In this document: positions 10,494-20,457 of the stretch, piece by piece
How positions within the stretch are numbered: the first letter of the stretch is position 1
How the letters are laid out: each line of letters starts with the position of its first letter
IMG/VR virus record: IMGVR_UViG_3300042892_003815
Location: 96,001-160,000 of that record
Length of the DNA stretch: 64,000 bases
Strand: one strand, 5' to 3'
DNA from: a virus
Program-made: the position numbers and the translations under genes
The notes under the pieces: generated by a model
The model's database searches: none
What the model saw: only the letters and a program-made list of their open reading frames with translations
Told to the model about the DNA's origin: nothing

Positions 10494-10883
10494 CTAATAA
10501 TCACGAATAATTTGTGAATTTGAAAATTTTGATAGATTTGAGAAAACATCATCCATTACTTCTGGATTTCTTCTAAATTCATTGTAGAATATTAGAACAT
10601 TAAAATTGTTTTCTCCGAGTATTTTTTTTAAGTTAAGTAGTTTTTCGATTGAAAATTCGTTATCGAAGTCAGGAATATAATATATGTCCTTCTTTTTATC
10701 TATTGCTTGTTGTATTTTGTTAAAAATTAAAATTTTCAGGTACGTTTTATCATCTGTGAAGTCAACCTCTTCTTCACTAATTATTTTATTTATATCTATG
10801 ATATATTTATTTTTGATGGCGTTCACCTTTACAAATTTATCAAATTTTTTTCTAGTTTTGCAATAGACACAAAAGAACTCCAT
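10494..10883 (-). CDS. Hypothetical protein
   Basis: 129-aa ORF with TATATA element upstream. Confidence 0.6.
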   Translation of the reverse strand: MEFFCVYCKTRKKFDKFVKVNAIKNKYIIDINKIISEEEVDFTDDKTYLKILIFNKIQQAIDKKKDIYYIPDFDNEFSIEKLLNLKKILGENNFNVLIFYNEFRRNPEVMDDVFSNLSKFSNSQIIRDY

Positions 10884-10955
10884 TCATTTTATTTATTTTT
10901 AACAATTTATATATAATTTCGATTAAAGTCCCTTTAATTTTTAATATATAACAAT

Positions 10956-12329
10956 ATGGAAAAATATTCAGATAAATTTTTAAACCAATCAAGTAAGCTT
11001 AAAAATGCAATAGTAGGAATGGAGTTTGAGTTCTATATGAAAGATCTTTCTTTTTATAAAACATTAGAACTACTTAACCAAGAGCTAGACCCAGTAAAGG
11101 TTTGGGGTTTTAGAGAGTATCACTCTGACTTTACACCAGATGATAGAAACTTTAAAATCGAACCCGATTTATCAGGAGGTTCAAACATGGTTGAGTTAGT
11201 AACTGGACCATTAGATTATTTTGATGCTAAGTATTTTCTTGTTAAAATTATTAAGTTTATTCAGACTTATGGATATACTAACGAGAAATGTTCTATTCAC
11301 TTTAACTTATCATTCAATGGAGAAAAAAACTTAAATGACTTAAATATATTAAAACTTATATTAAATACGGATGAAGACGAGATATACAGATGTTATCCAT
11401 CTAGAAAGTCAAATGTTTATGCAAAAAGTATTAAAAACATGATTCCTTTTAAAGAATATGACTTTTTTAATATTCCTATTTCAGTTGTTAAAAATAATTT
11501 AAGATTACCAAATGATAAGTACTTTGGTATAAACTTCTTACATATCAATAATGATAAAGAAACCCAAAGATTAGAGTTAAGATATATTGGTGGTAAAGAC
11601 TATGAAAAGAACCTAGGTCAACTAATTTATTTTATGGATAGATTTATTATAAATGTATTTGATTCTATTGATACCTTATTTAATGCCGAAGATGTTTCTA
11701 AACTAGAAGAGTTTCTAGAAGAAAATATATCTAAATTTAAAAATCTTTCAAAATATGATAATTTTATTGTTGATTTCCCTAGTGTACAAATACAAATAGA
11801 CCAGAATAATAGTTATGATATGGTAAATACTTACTATGATAAAATATATCCAAAATTATTTAGTTTAGTTGAAGCAACACAAGATCTAAAAGAGTGTATC
11901 ATAAACTATGTTATAAACACTCAAATAGTTGAAATAGTTGATGCAAATTTTAAATCAATTTTAACAATTAAAGGATGTGACCTAATAAACTGTAATGTTG
12001 AAGGAATCTTTGAAGATTGTTTTTTCGTTGGATCTGAAATAAAAAACTCACAACTAACAAAATCTAAAATTCAACACTCTGATGTAGACAATTCAAAAGT
12101 ATTCAACTGTAAAGTAGAGCAAAGTGAATTGACTAATTGTTATTTTATGGGTGGTTATCTTAATGGTAATATGCATGCCGGTGTATTCCGTTCAGGTGAA
12201 TTAGGACCTTATGCTAGTTTAGATTCAGATGTTAAAGTTGTTACTGATACTTCCAACTTCTTTGATACTCCATTTGAAGAAGATAGTAAAGGAGATAAAC
12301 AAGGTGATATAAAAGGATTTAAAAAGTAA
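10956..12329 (+). CDS. Putative amidoligase (COOH-NH2 ligase, Amidoligase_2-like) with C-terminal beta-helix-like repeats
   Basis: VGMEFEF, IEPDLSGG..MVELVTGP, CSIHFNLS, KYFGINF, RLELRYIGG motifs; C-terminal 5-residue periodicity (LINCN, IKNSQ, IQHSD, VFNCK, LTNCY). Confidence 0.7.
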   Translation: MEKYSDKFLNQSSKLKNAIVGMEFEFYMKDLSFYKTLELLNQELDPVKVWGFREYHSDFTPDDRNFKIEPDLSGGSNMVELVTGPLDYFDAKYFLVKIIKFIQTYGYTNEKCSIHFNLSFNGEKNLNDLNILKLILNTDEDEIYRCYPSRKSNVYAKSIKNMIPFKEYDFFNIPISVVKNNLRLPNDKYFGINFLHINNDKETQRLELRYIGGKDYEKNLGQLIYFMDRFIINVFDSIDTLFNAEDVSKLEEFLEENISKFKNLSKYDNFIVDFPSVQIQIDQNNSYDMVNTYYDKIYPKLFSLVEATQDLKECIINYVINTQIVEIVDANFKSILTIKGCDLINCNVEGIFEDCFFVGSEIKNSQLTKSKIQHSDVDNSKVFNCKVEQSELTNCYFMGGYLNGNMHAGVFRSGELGPYASLDSDVKVVTDTSNFFDTPFEEDSKGDKQGDIKGFKK

Positions 12330-13087
12330 TGAAACATTTAAGAAGTATAAATGAAGCTTATCAAGTTAGAGAAGTTGAAGATTTTGTGAAAGATCATTTG
12401 GCTTATTTACTAGATGATCAAACTTTTGATATTAAAGTTGAATTATCTGATAATGAATCTCCTAAAAAGTATCGAATAATGTTGTATAAAACTGGTACAG
12501 AAACAACATTAAAATATATGGCAAATGGTTTAAAAAGAGTAGATGTGGATAGATTTGCTTGGTTTGAAGTAAAAGAATATTTTTTACCATTTTTTCACTT
12601 TTTCAAAAAAGAATACTCAATAACATCATTCTCATTTTTCGATAAGGAAAGTAATTATTTAAGTGTAAAGTCTACTGATATAAAAGATAGTTTTAATTAC
12701 AATAGATATATTTATTCGATAAATATGGAAATACATGCAGATACTATATTAGATTATATAAAAGCATTACATGATAAAGAAGAGATAAGAAAAATAGGAG
12801 AAAGTGATAGATTTTCAGTTTGGATGAAAAAATCTAATGTAGGAAGCAGGAGAGTTTATTATATTTTCTTTAAAGTTGTTGTCGCTAATGCAAATAATCC
12901 TTGTAAAGTTTTAAAAATGAATTATGATACACAATCTTCTGCACATTATAATTTTACTATACAATACAATTATTTTAAAACAATTGGATTTAATTCATTA
13001 GATCCACTTTTAGCTAGAAATAATATAGATTTTGGTGATTTTAATCGTGCTTGGTATTATATCGAAGAAGAATATAATAACAGATAA
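12329..13087 (+). CDS. Hypothetical protein with capsid-targeting-like leader; paralog of 39834-40280
   Basis: MKHLRSINE leader; LAYLLDD..F segment. Confidence 0.7.
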   Translation: MKHLRSINEAYQVREVEDFVKDHLAYLLDDQTFDIKVELSDNESPKKYRIMLYKTGTETTLKYMANGLKRVDVDRFAWFEVKEYFLPFFHFFKKEYSITSFSFFDKESNYLSVKSTDIKDSFNYNRYIYSINMEIHADTILDYIKALHDKEEIRKIGESDRFSVWMKKSNVGSRRVYYIFFKVVVANANNPCKVLKMNYDTQSSAHYNFTIQYNYFKTIGFNSLDPLLARNNIDFGDFNRAWYYIEEEYNNR

Positions 13088-13120
13088 TATTTACATTATT
13101 GGAATAAAATATATAGTACT

Positions 13121-14605
13121 ATGAAAAACGTAAAACAATTTAATAAATTTGATTTAATCAAAGAAGAATCTTCACCAAGGCTACCAGTTGATGAAAAATA
13201 CTGGTTGAGAAAAGGTAAAGAAGGTAAAAATGTTGCTCTTTATACTCACGATGATATGGATGGTATTTTCTCTGCAATCGAAGTAAAGAAATACTTACTT
13301 AATAAAGGATTTACTATTGTTAAATATGGTATTCTTAACTATACAGAAGGTTGGAAATATACAACTTTAGATCCTAAACTTATAAATGTTGTTTTAGATT
13401 TTGCTTCTATGCCAGGAGACGAGAGAGATGATCTAATTGATTATTACTTAGATCATCACGGATTATTTAGTGCGGAAGATTTAGAAAAATATAAAAGTTC
13501 ACCAGTACAAAAGAAAAAAACTGCTTCTGCTTATGAGGCAATTTGTCAAGCACTTGGTGTTCCACAAGATTCACTAACATTAGATGTTATTGATATGATC
13601 GATGCGGCTAAATACCAAGATTATGAAATAGATTGGCAAAGACTTTTAGATTTTAATCTATCAGAGATTAAAAAATCTCCTAAAAGAAGATTAGAGTTTG
13701 GTGCTGCATTTAATCAATTTATAAAACGTTCAGATTCAAAAACAATTATATCTGTTATTGAAAACTGTCCTGATGCTTCTATTTACTCTATCTTTAATGT
13801 AATGAAGAAAGTTTATCCAGAACACAATGTTACAATGGGTGGACCTAAAAGAGGTGAAAAGAAAGACTTTATTGAAGATTCTGAATGGAGATTAGGGGAG
13901 ATGCAAAAGAAAACTAGAGGTTCAATGACTTCTAAAAAAACTTATAATACACAAGCTGAGTTTACCAGCCAATTTAAAAATGGTCAATATCTTCAAATAA
14001 ATGGTTATCAAAAAATTGGAGATCTAGTTTTCGTACCAACTGGTACTTGGGCCAATGCTTTAAGAGCTAGAACTATTGTTGAGAAAGACTTTAGAGATGG
14101 TGTTTTAGATAAAGAACCTAACTTTATATTATTACAATATGGATCAACTTTACAAGTTTGTTCATATAAGAAAATGGATGAGATTGAAAATCTTCCTAAA
14201 TTAAGAACTGGTGAAGTTGTAAGTGATTTAGGTAAATATATGACAGACTTATTACAAAACTTCCAAAAACACTTAGGTTATTATAACCCGGATACTTCAT
14301 TAGGACAAGATGAGATTACTGTCTCAGGTGGTCATGGTGGAATTGGATCAATTTCAAACGTTTTTGGAGTTTGTGAGCAAGAACAGTATAAAGGATTAAA
14401 ATATGTTGATATGTTTAAGAATAAAATTATATCAGACTTATCAGGTGTTCCTTTCAATTTAAGTTTAAAATGGAGTGAACCCGCAGAATATTTCAATCCA
14501 AAGTCTCCGGAAATGGATAATAAAGTAATTGCAACTAAAGATGTTACTAAATTAGACAAACAAGGTAATTTAATCAAAAGTTTTGAAAACTTTAAAACAA
14601 GATAA
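13121..14605 (+). CDS. DHH-family phosphoesterase with capsid-targeting-like leader
   Basis: YTHDDMDG, VLDFA and LDHHG motifs; MKNVKQFNKF..IKEE leader. Confidence 0.75.
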   Translation: MKNVKQFNKFDLIKEESSPRLPVDEKYWLRKGKEGKNVALYTHDDMDGIFSAIEVKKYLLNKGFTIVKYGILNYTEGWKYTTLDPKLINVVLDFASMPGDERDDLIDYYLDHHGLFSAEDLEKYKSSPVQKKKTASAYEAICQALGVPQDSLTLDVIDMIDAAKYQDYEIDWQRLLDFNLSEIKKSPKRRLEFGAAFNQFIKRSDSKTIISVIENCPDASIYSIFNVMKKVYPEHNVTMGGPKRGEKKDFIEDSEWRLGEMQKKTRGSMTSKKTYNTQAEFTSQFKNGQYLQINGYQKIGDLVFVPTGTWANALRARTIVEKDFRDGVLDKEPNFILLQYGSTLQVCSYKKMDEIENLPKLRTGEVVSDLGKYMTDLLQNFQKHLGYYNPDTSLGQDEITVSGGHGGIGSISNVFGVCEQEQYKGLKYVDMFKNKIISDLSGVPFNLSLKWSEPAEYFNPKSPEMDNKVIATKDVTKLDKQGNLIKSFENFKTR

Positions 14606-14608
14606 TAT

Positions 14609-15586
14609 ATGAAAGTTTTGTATGGCATTCAACTAACAGGAAATGGACATATAACAAGGTCTATAAAAATAATTACGGCATTAAAATCTGCTGGATTTGA
14701 TGTAGATATTATAACATCGGGTACCAATTCACAATTAAAGTTACCATTTGAAATTAAAAAACAATTTCAAGGTTTATCATTCTTTTATAATAAGAAAGGT
14801 GGGATAGATTGGATAAAAACCTTATTATCACTTAGACTAAAGCAATTTTTATCAGATCTAAAATATGATGTAAGTTCATATGATCTTATAATATCTGACT
14901 TTGAACCAGTATCTGCATGGAGTGCCAAAAGATCTAATAAAAAATCATTAGGTATTGGTAATCAATACTCATTTAGATCTAAAAAAACACCTAGACCTTT
15001 CTTCAAAGATATATTCTCAGAATTATTCATAAAATACTTTGCACCGTGTAAAGAACATATCGGTATAAACTACAAAAAGTATGACAAGTTTATTACACTA
15101 CCTATTATAAATGATGATTTCATAGATAAGAAAGTAACCGATAAGAAATTCTACTTAGTTTATTTACCTTCAATGTCTTCAAAATTTATCTCATATGAGA
15201 TAAATACGTATGGTACAGGAAATTGGAAAGTTTACTCACCTGATGTATTGAAGGATGTAACTGATGGTATAGTAAAATTAAAAAAGTTAGATAAAGAAAA
15301 ATTTAGCAAAGACTTATTAAATTGTTCTGGTGTTATAACTGCATCCGGATTTTCTACAACATCAGAAGCACTAGTATTAGGAAAAAAACTTTGGTCTATT
15401 CCTATTAGGGGTCAATATGAACAACTTTGTAATGCAAAATCACTTAAAAAAATGGGTGTGTTTACTGATTATTTGAATGCCGATAATTTATTTGAATGGA
15501 TTTATAACTATAAAAGTATTAAATATGACTGGAATGATCCAATTGATGATATTGTGAAGAAAATCAATGATTATGCAAAAAGTTAG
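14609..15586 (+). CDS. GT-B glycosyltransferase (MJ1255/VC2487, GT28-like)
   Basis: YGIQLTGNGHITR, IISDFEPVSAW, ASGFSTTSEALVLGKKL..IPIRGQYEQ..NA. Confidence 0.85.
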   Translation: MKVLYGIQLTGNGHITRSIKIITALKSAGFDVDIITSGTNSQLKLPFEIKKQFQGLSFFYNKKGGIDWIKTLLSLRLKQFLSDLKYDVSSYDLIISDFEPVSAWSAKRSNKKSLGIGNQYSFRSKKTPRPFFKDIFSELFIKYFAPCKEHIGINYKKYDKFITLPIINDDFIDKKVTDKKFYLVYLPSMSSKFISYEINTYGTGNWKVYSPDVLKDVTDGIVKLKKLDKEKFSKDLLNCSGVITASGFSTTSEALVLGKKLWSIPIRGQYEQLCNAKSLKKMGVFTDYLNADNLFEWIYNYKSIKYDWNDPIDDIVKKINDYAKS

Positions 15587-16316
15587 AACATTATTTATAT
15601 CAGATGTTCACCTAGGAACTAAAAAATCACAAGCTAATAAATTATTAGATGTTTTAAAAGATTATGAATTTGAAAATTTAATAATTATTGGTGATTTTAT
15701 AGATTTAACTTCTTTAAAGAAAAAATTTTATTGGAATGAAGATCACTCAACTGTTATACAAAAGATACTTAGACTATCAAGAAAAGGAGTCAATGTTGTT
15801 TATTTGTTAGGAAATCACGATCATTTTTTAAGAGGTCTAATAAAAGAAGAACAATTTGATATAAATCTAGGAAATATTCTAATTTGTGATGAGTACCAAT
15901 ATGAAACTTCTAAAGGAGAAAAGATTTTTATTTGCCACGGAGATCAATTCGATGGATTTATAAGACTACATCCATTTTTATATGTATTAGGTGATTTTGC
16001 ATATGAGTTAAGTTTTAAGATAAATAAAATTTATAATAAATTAAGAAGAGTATTTGGTTTAGACTATTGGTCTTTATCAAAGTACTTAAAATCAAAAGTA
16101 AAAGATGCAATTGTATTTGTAAATGACTTTAAATACTTATCAATAAAGAAATTAAAAGAAACGGATTGTGATTCCATAATGATTGGTCACATACATACTC
16201 CCGCAATAGAAAAGATTGATAGTAAGAACTACTATAATACTGGCGACTTTTGTGAGTCTTGCTCTTTTCTATACGAAGATTTAGACGGAAATATAAAATT
16301 ATTTATAATTGAGTAA
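15567..16316 (+). CDS. plcP: Metallophosphoesterase, PlcP / LpxH-like (UDP-2,3-diacylglucosamine hydrolase family)
   Basis: FISDVHLG, GDFID, GNHD, HGDQFD, GHIHTP, YYNTGDFCES; overlaps the glycosyltransferase 3' end. Confidence 0.75.
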   Translation: MIMQKVRTLFISDVHLGTKKSQANKLLDVLKDYEFENLIIIGDFIDLTSLKKKFYWNEDHSTVIQKILRLSRKGVNVVYLLGNHDHFLRGLIKEEQFDINLGNILICDEYQYETSKGEKIFICHGDQFDGFIRLHPFLYVLGDFAYELSFKINKIYNKLRRVFGLDYWSLSKYLKSKVKDAIVFVNDFKYLSIKKLKETDCDSIMIGHIHTPAIEKIDSKNYYNTGDFCESCSFLYEDLDGNIKLFIIE

Positions 16317-16317
16317 C

Positions 16318-16343
16318 AACTTATTTATTTTTACTTCTATAAT
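16318..16343 (+). promoter_or_regulatory. Candidate phage promoter AACTT-N15-TATAAT
   Basis: Same motif and spacing at 32535-32560 and 37933-37958. Confidence 0.5.
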
Positions 16344-16361
16344 TAAAAAAATATATTTATA

Positions 16362-16778
16362 ATGATAGAAAACGGTAAAGTTGTTAGTGTACATTATGTT
16401 GGTAAATTTACTGACGGTGAAGTATTCGACAGTTCAGAAGGAAGAGAACCTCTTCAATTTGAAGTAGGGTCTGGTCAGTTGATTCCAGGATTTGAAAGTG
16501 CAATTATTGGTAAAGTTGTTGGTGATAAAGTTACTACAAACATTACTCCTGAAGAGGGATATGGATTAGTTAGAGAAGACCTTATAGTAAGTGTTCCTCT
16601 TGACAAAATGCCAGGTGATGTTGAAGTTGGTCAAGCTTTAGAGGCACAAGGAGATAATGGTCAATCTGCACAAGTTTTTGTTAAAGAGATAAATGAAGAT
16701 ACTGTAGTTATCGACGGAAACCATCCTTTAGCAGGTAAAGATCTTGTATTTGAGATTGAAGTTATTGAAATTCAATAA
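16362..16778 (+). CDS. slyD: FKBP-type peptidyl-prolyl isomerase (SlyD/SlpA-like, no His-rich tail)
   Basis: VHYVGKFTDGEVFDSS..EPL.F..G.GQLIPGFE...PEEGYG...DGNHPLAGKDL.FEIEV. Confidence 0.93.
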   Translation: MIENGKVVSVHYVGKFTDGEVFDSSEGREPLQFEVGSGQLIPGFESAIIGKVVGDKVTTNITPEEGYGLVREDLIVSVPLDKMPGDVEVGQALEAQGDNGQSAQVFVKEINEDTVVIDGNHPLAGKDLVFEIEVIEIQ

Positions 16779-16779
16779 T

Positions 16780-16807
16780 AAAAAACCCACTTAAAGTGGG
16801 TTTTTTT
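16780..16807. terminator. Intrinsic terminator
   Basis: AAAAAACCCAC-TTAAA-GTGGGTTTTTTT. Confidence 0.85.
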
Positions 16808-16831
16808 ATTTTCTCATTTAATATATAGATA

Positions 16832-17533
16832 ATGAGAAAAATATATTTACTACTACTTTTTATTACAGGTATTTCTTTTGCACAAGAACTTAATTTAGAT
16901 AATAATTTAACTGGTAATACTGTTCAGGCAGATAACAGTACTAGAAGTGTCGCATTTAATTATATTGGAGATAATACTCTTACACTTAAAAACTTTGATA
17001 TTAACTCAAATACTAATTATACGTTTTTAACAGACAAACAAGATGAGTTATTACAAAGATTTAATGTAATGTACAAGTTTCCAGAAAAAAAACTTGACGA
17101 CTATTCATTCTTTACCTATCAATTTAACTCATCTCTAATTAGAAAGATTGATGAAGATCATTGGTTTGGATTAGGTTATGGAGTTAAAAAGAAGATAGAT
17201 TCCACTCTTTCGGTATCAACATCCTATGCTATAGTATTTCAAGATATTCTTTGGAGTTCTGGTGAAAATAAAACATTTTTTAGACATTCTTTAAGAGGTA
17301 AAGTTAAACTAACCAGAAATGATTTTGAAATAGTATCTGAATACTTTTATCAGCCAAATATTCAATACTTTGATGAGTATATTATTATTGGTACTACAAA
17401 ACTTGTAATTATGCCAAAAAATAAACTTAACTTTATTGTACAGGACGTAGTAAACTATAACTCTACTACAGAGGTTAAACTACTACATACTATAAGTCTA
17501 GGTATCCAATACAAGTTCAACAAGAAATTTTAA
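16832..17533 (+). CDS. Outer-membrane beta-barrel protein (DUF481-like)
   Basis: Sec signal MRKIYLLLLFITGISFAQE; amphipathic beta-strands (WFGLGYGV, RHSLRGKV, EYFYQP); C-terminal LGIQYKF strand. Confidence 0.7.
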   Translation: MRKIYLLLLFITGISFAQELNLDNNLTGNTVQADNSTRSVAFNYIGDNTLTLKNFDINSNTNYTFLTDKQDELLQRFNVMYKFPEKKLDDYSFFTYQFNSSLIRKIDEDHWFGLGYGVKKKIDSTLSVSTSYAIVFQDILWSSGENKTFFRHSLRGKVKLTRNDFEIVSEYFYQPNIQYFDEYIIIGTTKLVIMPKNKLNFIVQDVVNYNSTTEVKLLHTISLGIQYKFNKKF

Positions 17534-17543
17534 TATATAGTTA

Positions 17544-18950
17544 ATGAGATATATTAAACTAAATGAAAATATCGCTTTAGCTAAATCCATTCTTAGAAAG
17601 AATGGTATAGCAGAAGATAATGAAGACTATCTTAAAATAAGAGAAATGGTTGGTACTGCATTTAGTTATGTTGGTATTTTAACAAGACTTAGATTTGTTG
17701 ATAACGTAACTGATATGGAAGAATTAAAGTCAATCTTTGAAGTCTTAAAGAATTCTAAACTTGACTTAGGAAAACTTAATAAAATGTCATATGAGCAGAT
17801 CTTAGACACTTTCTATGATCAAATGACTTCTCCTTCAAAAGAAGATTATGAGTTGATTTATAAAGACAATTCATACTCATTTTTTAGAGTTTATACTTAT
17901 AAAGGGATTTTAGAAATTGGTTCACCTGCTTGGTGTTTAAAAACCAAAAAATATTGGAATGAATATCAAGCCAAATTCCCAGAACAATGGGTTGCTATTG
18001 ATAATAGATATGTTAAAAATATAGTTACACCCAACAATAACTATTTTACTAATGCTTATAGAAATACTGGTAAAACCTGGGTTAGATTTGGTATAAGTCT
18101 TAAACGTAATGCAGATGGTACTACTTCTTGGATCGCACACGATGATAATGATGGTAAATGTGAGTTAAAACCGGATAATCATACTTTCTATGGTGTTCTT
18201 TTTACTACACTTAATTTAAGTCATGGTACTAAAAAATCTTTCTATCAAAAATTTACTGATGATCTCGAATATGTTAAAGATGGTATTTTTAAAGTAATAC
18301 CTGGTCAAAATCATATTTGGAATAGATTAGGAGTTAAACCACCACAAAATCTTAACGAAGATGATGAAAATTACTTATTTCTATCTAAGTCATATTCATT
18401 TGTTCCAATTATGTTAAGAATAAGAGAAAGAAGTTTCCCTTGCTTGAGAATTTTTAACAATAATCGAAAAGTAATGCATTTATTTAGTATGGGTGCTGAT
18501 GGATTTGCCACTAAGGCACTTAATGATTATGTTCAAAAACCTCAAAATGTTAGTTATTCTTCTATAAGATTAAAATTAGGTTTAACTACCGTAGATGAAT
18601 TAAAGAAAGATGAAGATTTTGTTTTACAAGTTGGTAAGTGGTTAGTTTTTCACTGGAATAAAGATTATTTCATTGCAATTGATTCTGAACCTGGTGATTA
18701 TGTTTTACCGGTAATGGATCTAGTAGGAAACGAGTACTGGACAAATCATGATAGTGAAAGAGAATTACTACCTATGTTTTATTATATAGATAAAGAAAAA
18801 ATATCTAATTCAGGAGTAAAGTTAGATACCACAGAAAGTAAAGAAATATTAAGACAATTAAGTGGTAAAAAGCCAACACCAATAGAACCTGAGACAACAC
18901 AACAAGAAGAGAAACCAGGTTTCATAAAAAGATTTTTTGGATTCAAATGA
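17544..18950 (+). CDS. Hypothetical protein with capsid-targeting-like leader and WC-motif domain
   Basis: MRYIKLNE leader; GSPAWCL...WNEY. Confidence 0.7.
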   Translation: MRYIKLNENIALAKSILRKNGIAEDNEDYLKIREMVGTAFSYVGILTRLRFVDNVTDMEELKSIFEVLKNSKLDLGKLNKMSYEQILDTFYDQMTSPSKEDYELIYKDNSYSFFRVYTYKGILEIGSPAWCLKTKKYWNEYQAKFPEQWVAIDNRYVKNIVTPNNNYFTNAYRNTGKTWVRFGISLKRNADGTTSWIAHDDNDGKCELKPDNHTFYGVLFTTLNLSHGTKKSFYQKFTDDLEYVKDGIFKVIPGQNHIWNRLGVKPPQNLNEDDENYLFLSKSYSFVPIMLRIRERSFPCLRIFNNNRKVMHLFSMGADGFATKALNDYVQKPQNVSYSSIRLKLGLTTVDELKKDEDFVLQVGKWLVFHWNKDYFIAIDSEPGDYVLPVMDLVGNEYWTNHDSERELLPMFYYIDKEKISNSGVKLDTTESKEILRQLSGKKPTPIEPETTQQEEKPGFIKRFFGFK

Positions 18951-19426
18951 GATACTTAAAATTATACGAGGAACTAACGTTTGAACCAAAAAAGATATAC
19001 TACACTAAAGATGAAGATGATTCACTTATAGTTTATACATTTGATTTTGGTGATTACACTTACTTATGTGAGTTTAGTAAAATTGGTGATAATATGTGGA
19101 GAAGAGATTTCCACACAATGGAAGAGGGATTTGGTACAGTAAATGCAGGTGGTAAAAATGCACTTGACACATATGCTTATATTACTAAGATAACTGAAGA
19201 TTTTATAAATGAATATAAACCAGACTTATTAGTTTTATTTCACACGAGTGAATCAAGATTCAATGTAAATTGGAGATTTATGCAGAATATAAAGATTGAT
19301 AGTGAGTATGAGATTAAACCTCTTAAAAATCCACCATTTAATAATGACATAAAAACAGTTATTTTTAAAAAAGATTCAGAGGATTTAATATATACTGATG
19401 TAGTAAAAAACGAAAAAGATAAATAA
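18947..19426 (+). CDS. Hypothetical protein with capsid-targeting-like leader
   Basis: MRYLKLYEE; ATGA overlap with the upstream gene. Confidence 0.7.
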   Translation: MRYLKLYEELTFEPKKIYYTKDEDDSLIVYTFDFGDYTYLCEFSKIGDNMWRRDFHTMEEGFGTVNAGGKNALDTYAYITKITEDFINEYKPDLLVLFHTSESRFNVNWRFMQNIKIDSEYEIKPLKNPPFNNDIKTVIFKKDSEDLIYTDVVKNEKDK

Positions 19427-20178
19427 TGAAACATTTAAAAAGATTCAATGAAGAATTAAGTCCAAGTACTTATCGTAATGCAGCATGGAAATTAGGTAAT
19501 ATAGCACGTAAAACAGGCAATACTGAATTTAAAACAAGATCAAATAATCTTAGAGATTATGCAGAGGATAAATCTTGGAAAGAAAATATTAAAGAATATT
19601 CAAAGTTTGGTAAAACTACCGTAACTACTCAATATAATAAAAAGGGAGATACCGTTACTGGTGATTTCTATTTAAACTTTTTTTTCGACGATTATGCATA
19701 TGAAGAGATGGTACAAGATTATTTAGAAGAAGAGAAACTTAATGTTGCATTCTCAGTTGGTTTAATACCAGTTGATGTAGAAACAAAAGAGAAATTTCAA
19801 AGTGTTATACCAGAAGGTGATTTTGACAATGGATTCTTTTGGGGATTTTGGGTAGAAGTGGAATTTGAAGATAAAGGAGAAGGATTGGAACTATCAAAAG
19901 TAGGTGTTTCTAGTTATGACTTTAATATAACTGGTAAAATATCATTTACTAGACCATTATGTGGTGCCATTAAAAGACATTTACTATCACTTTTTACAGA
20001 AGATAGTGGATATGAACAAAATAGAAGACCTACATATAAAATTTTAGAAGAAGAAGTTTTAATAAAATCTGGTGCGTCATCAAAATTTGGAGTTGCGATG
20101 GTGGATCTACATAACTTTGTTAAAGATATAACACCAAATACGATAATGAGTTCAGTTGATGATAATCAAACTTGGTAA
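19426..20178 (+). CDS. Hypothetical protein with capsid-targeting-like leader
   Basis: MKHLKRFNEE. Confidence 0.7.
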   Translation: MKHLKRFNEELSPSTYRNAAWKLGNIARKTGNTEFKTRSNNLRDYAEDKSWKENIKEYSKFGKTTVTTQYNKKGDTVTGDFYLNFFFDDYAYEEMVQDYLEEEKLNVAFSVGLIPVDVETKEKFQSVIPEGDFDNGFFWGFWVEVEFEDKGEGLELSKVGVSSYDFNITGKISFTRPLCGAIKRHLLSLFTEDSGYEQNRRPTYKILEEEVLIKSGASSKFGVAMVDLHNFVKDITPNTIMSSVDDNQTW

Positions 20179-20182
20179 TAAT

Positions 20183-20210
20183 AAAAAACCCACTTAAATA
20201 GTGGGTTTTT
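20183..20210. terminator. Bidirectional intrinsic terminator
   Basis: AAAAAACCCACT-TAAAT-AGTGGGTTTTT. Confidence 0.85.
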
Positions 20211-20457
20211 ATTTTACATATGTTTTTATTATTTCAATCATATCATTTTGATAACCATCAAATAAATTTCTTCTATTTAAAATAGAACGAGAAACTCCTA
20301 ATTCATCACTATCATAATAAGTAAATACTTTACCTAAATTGACAAAGTGTTCCAGTCTACCAGTTAGTTTCCAACGAATACATATTATAGTACTACTCCT
20401 CATAATCGTTTTCTTCCCATAATTCACCAACACCCAATACTCTATGTTGAACTCCAT
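20209..20457 (-). CDS. Hypothetical protein
   Basis: 82-aa ORF overlapping the phosphoesterase 3' end and ending at the terminator. Confidence 0.45.
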   Translation of the reverse strand: MEFNIEYWVLVNYGKKTIMRSSTIICIRWKLTGRLEHFVNLGKVFTYYDSDELGVSRSILNRRNLFDGYQNDMIEIIKTYVK

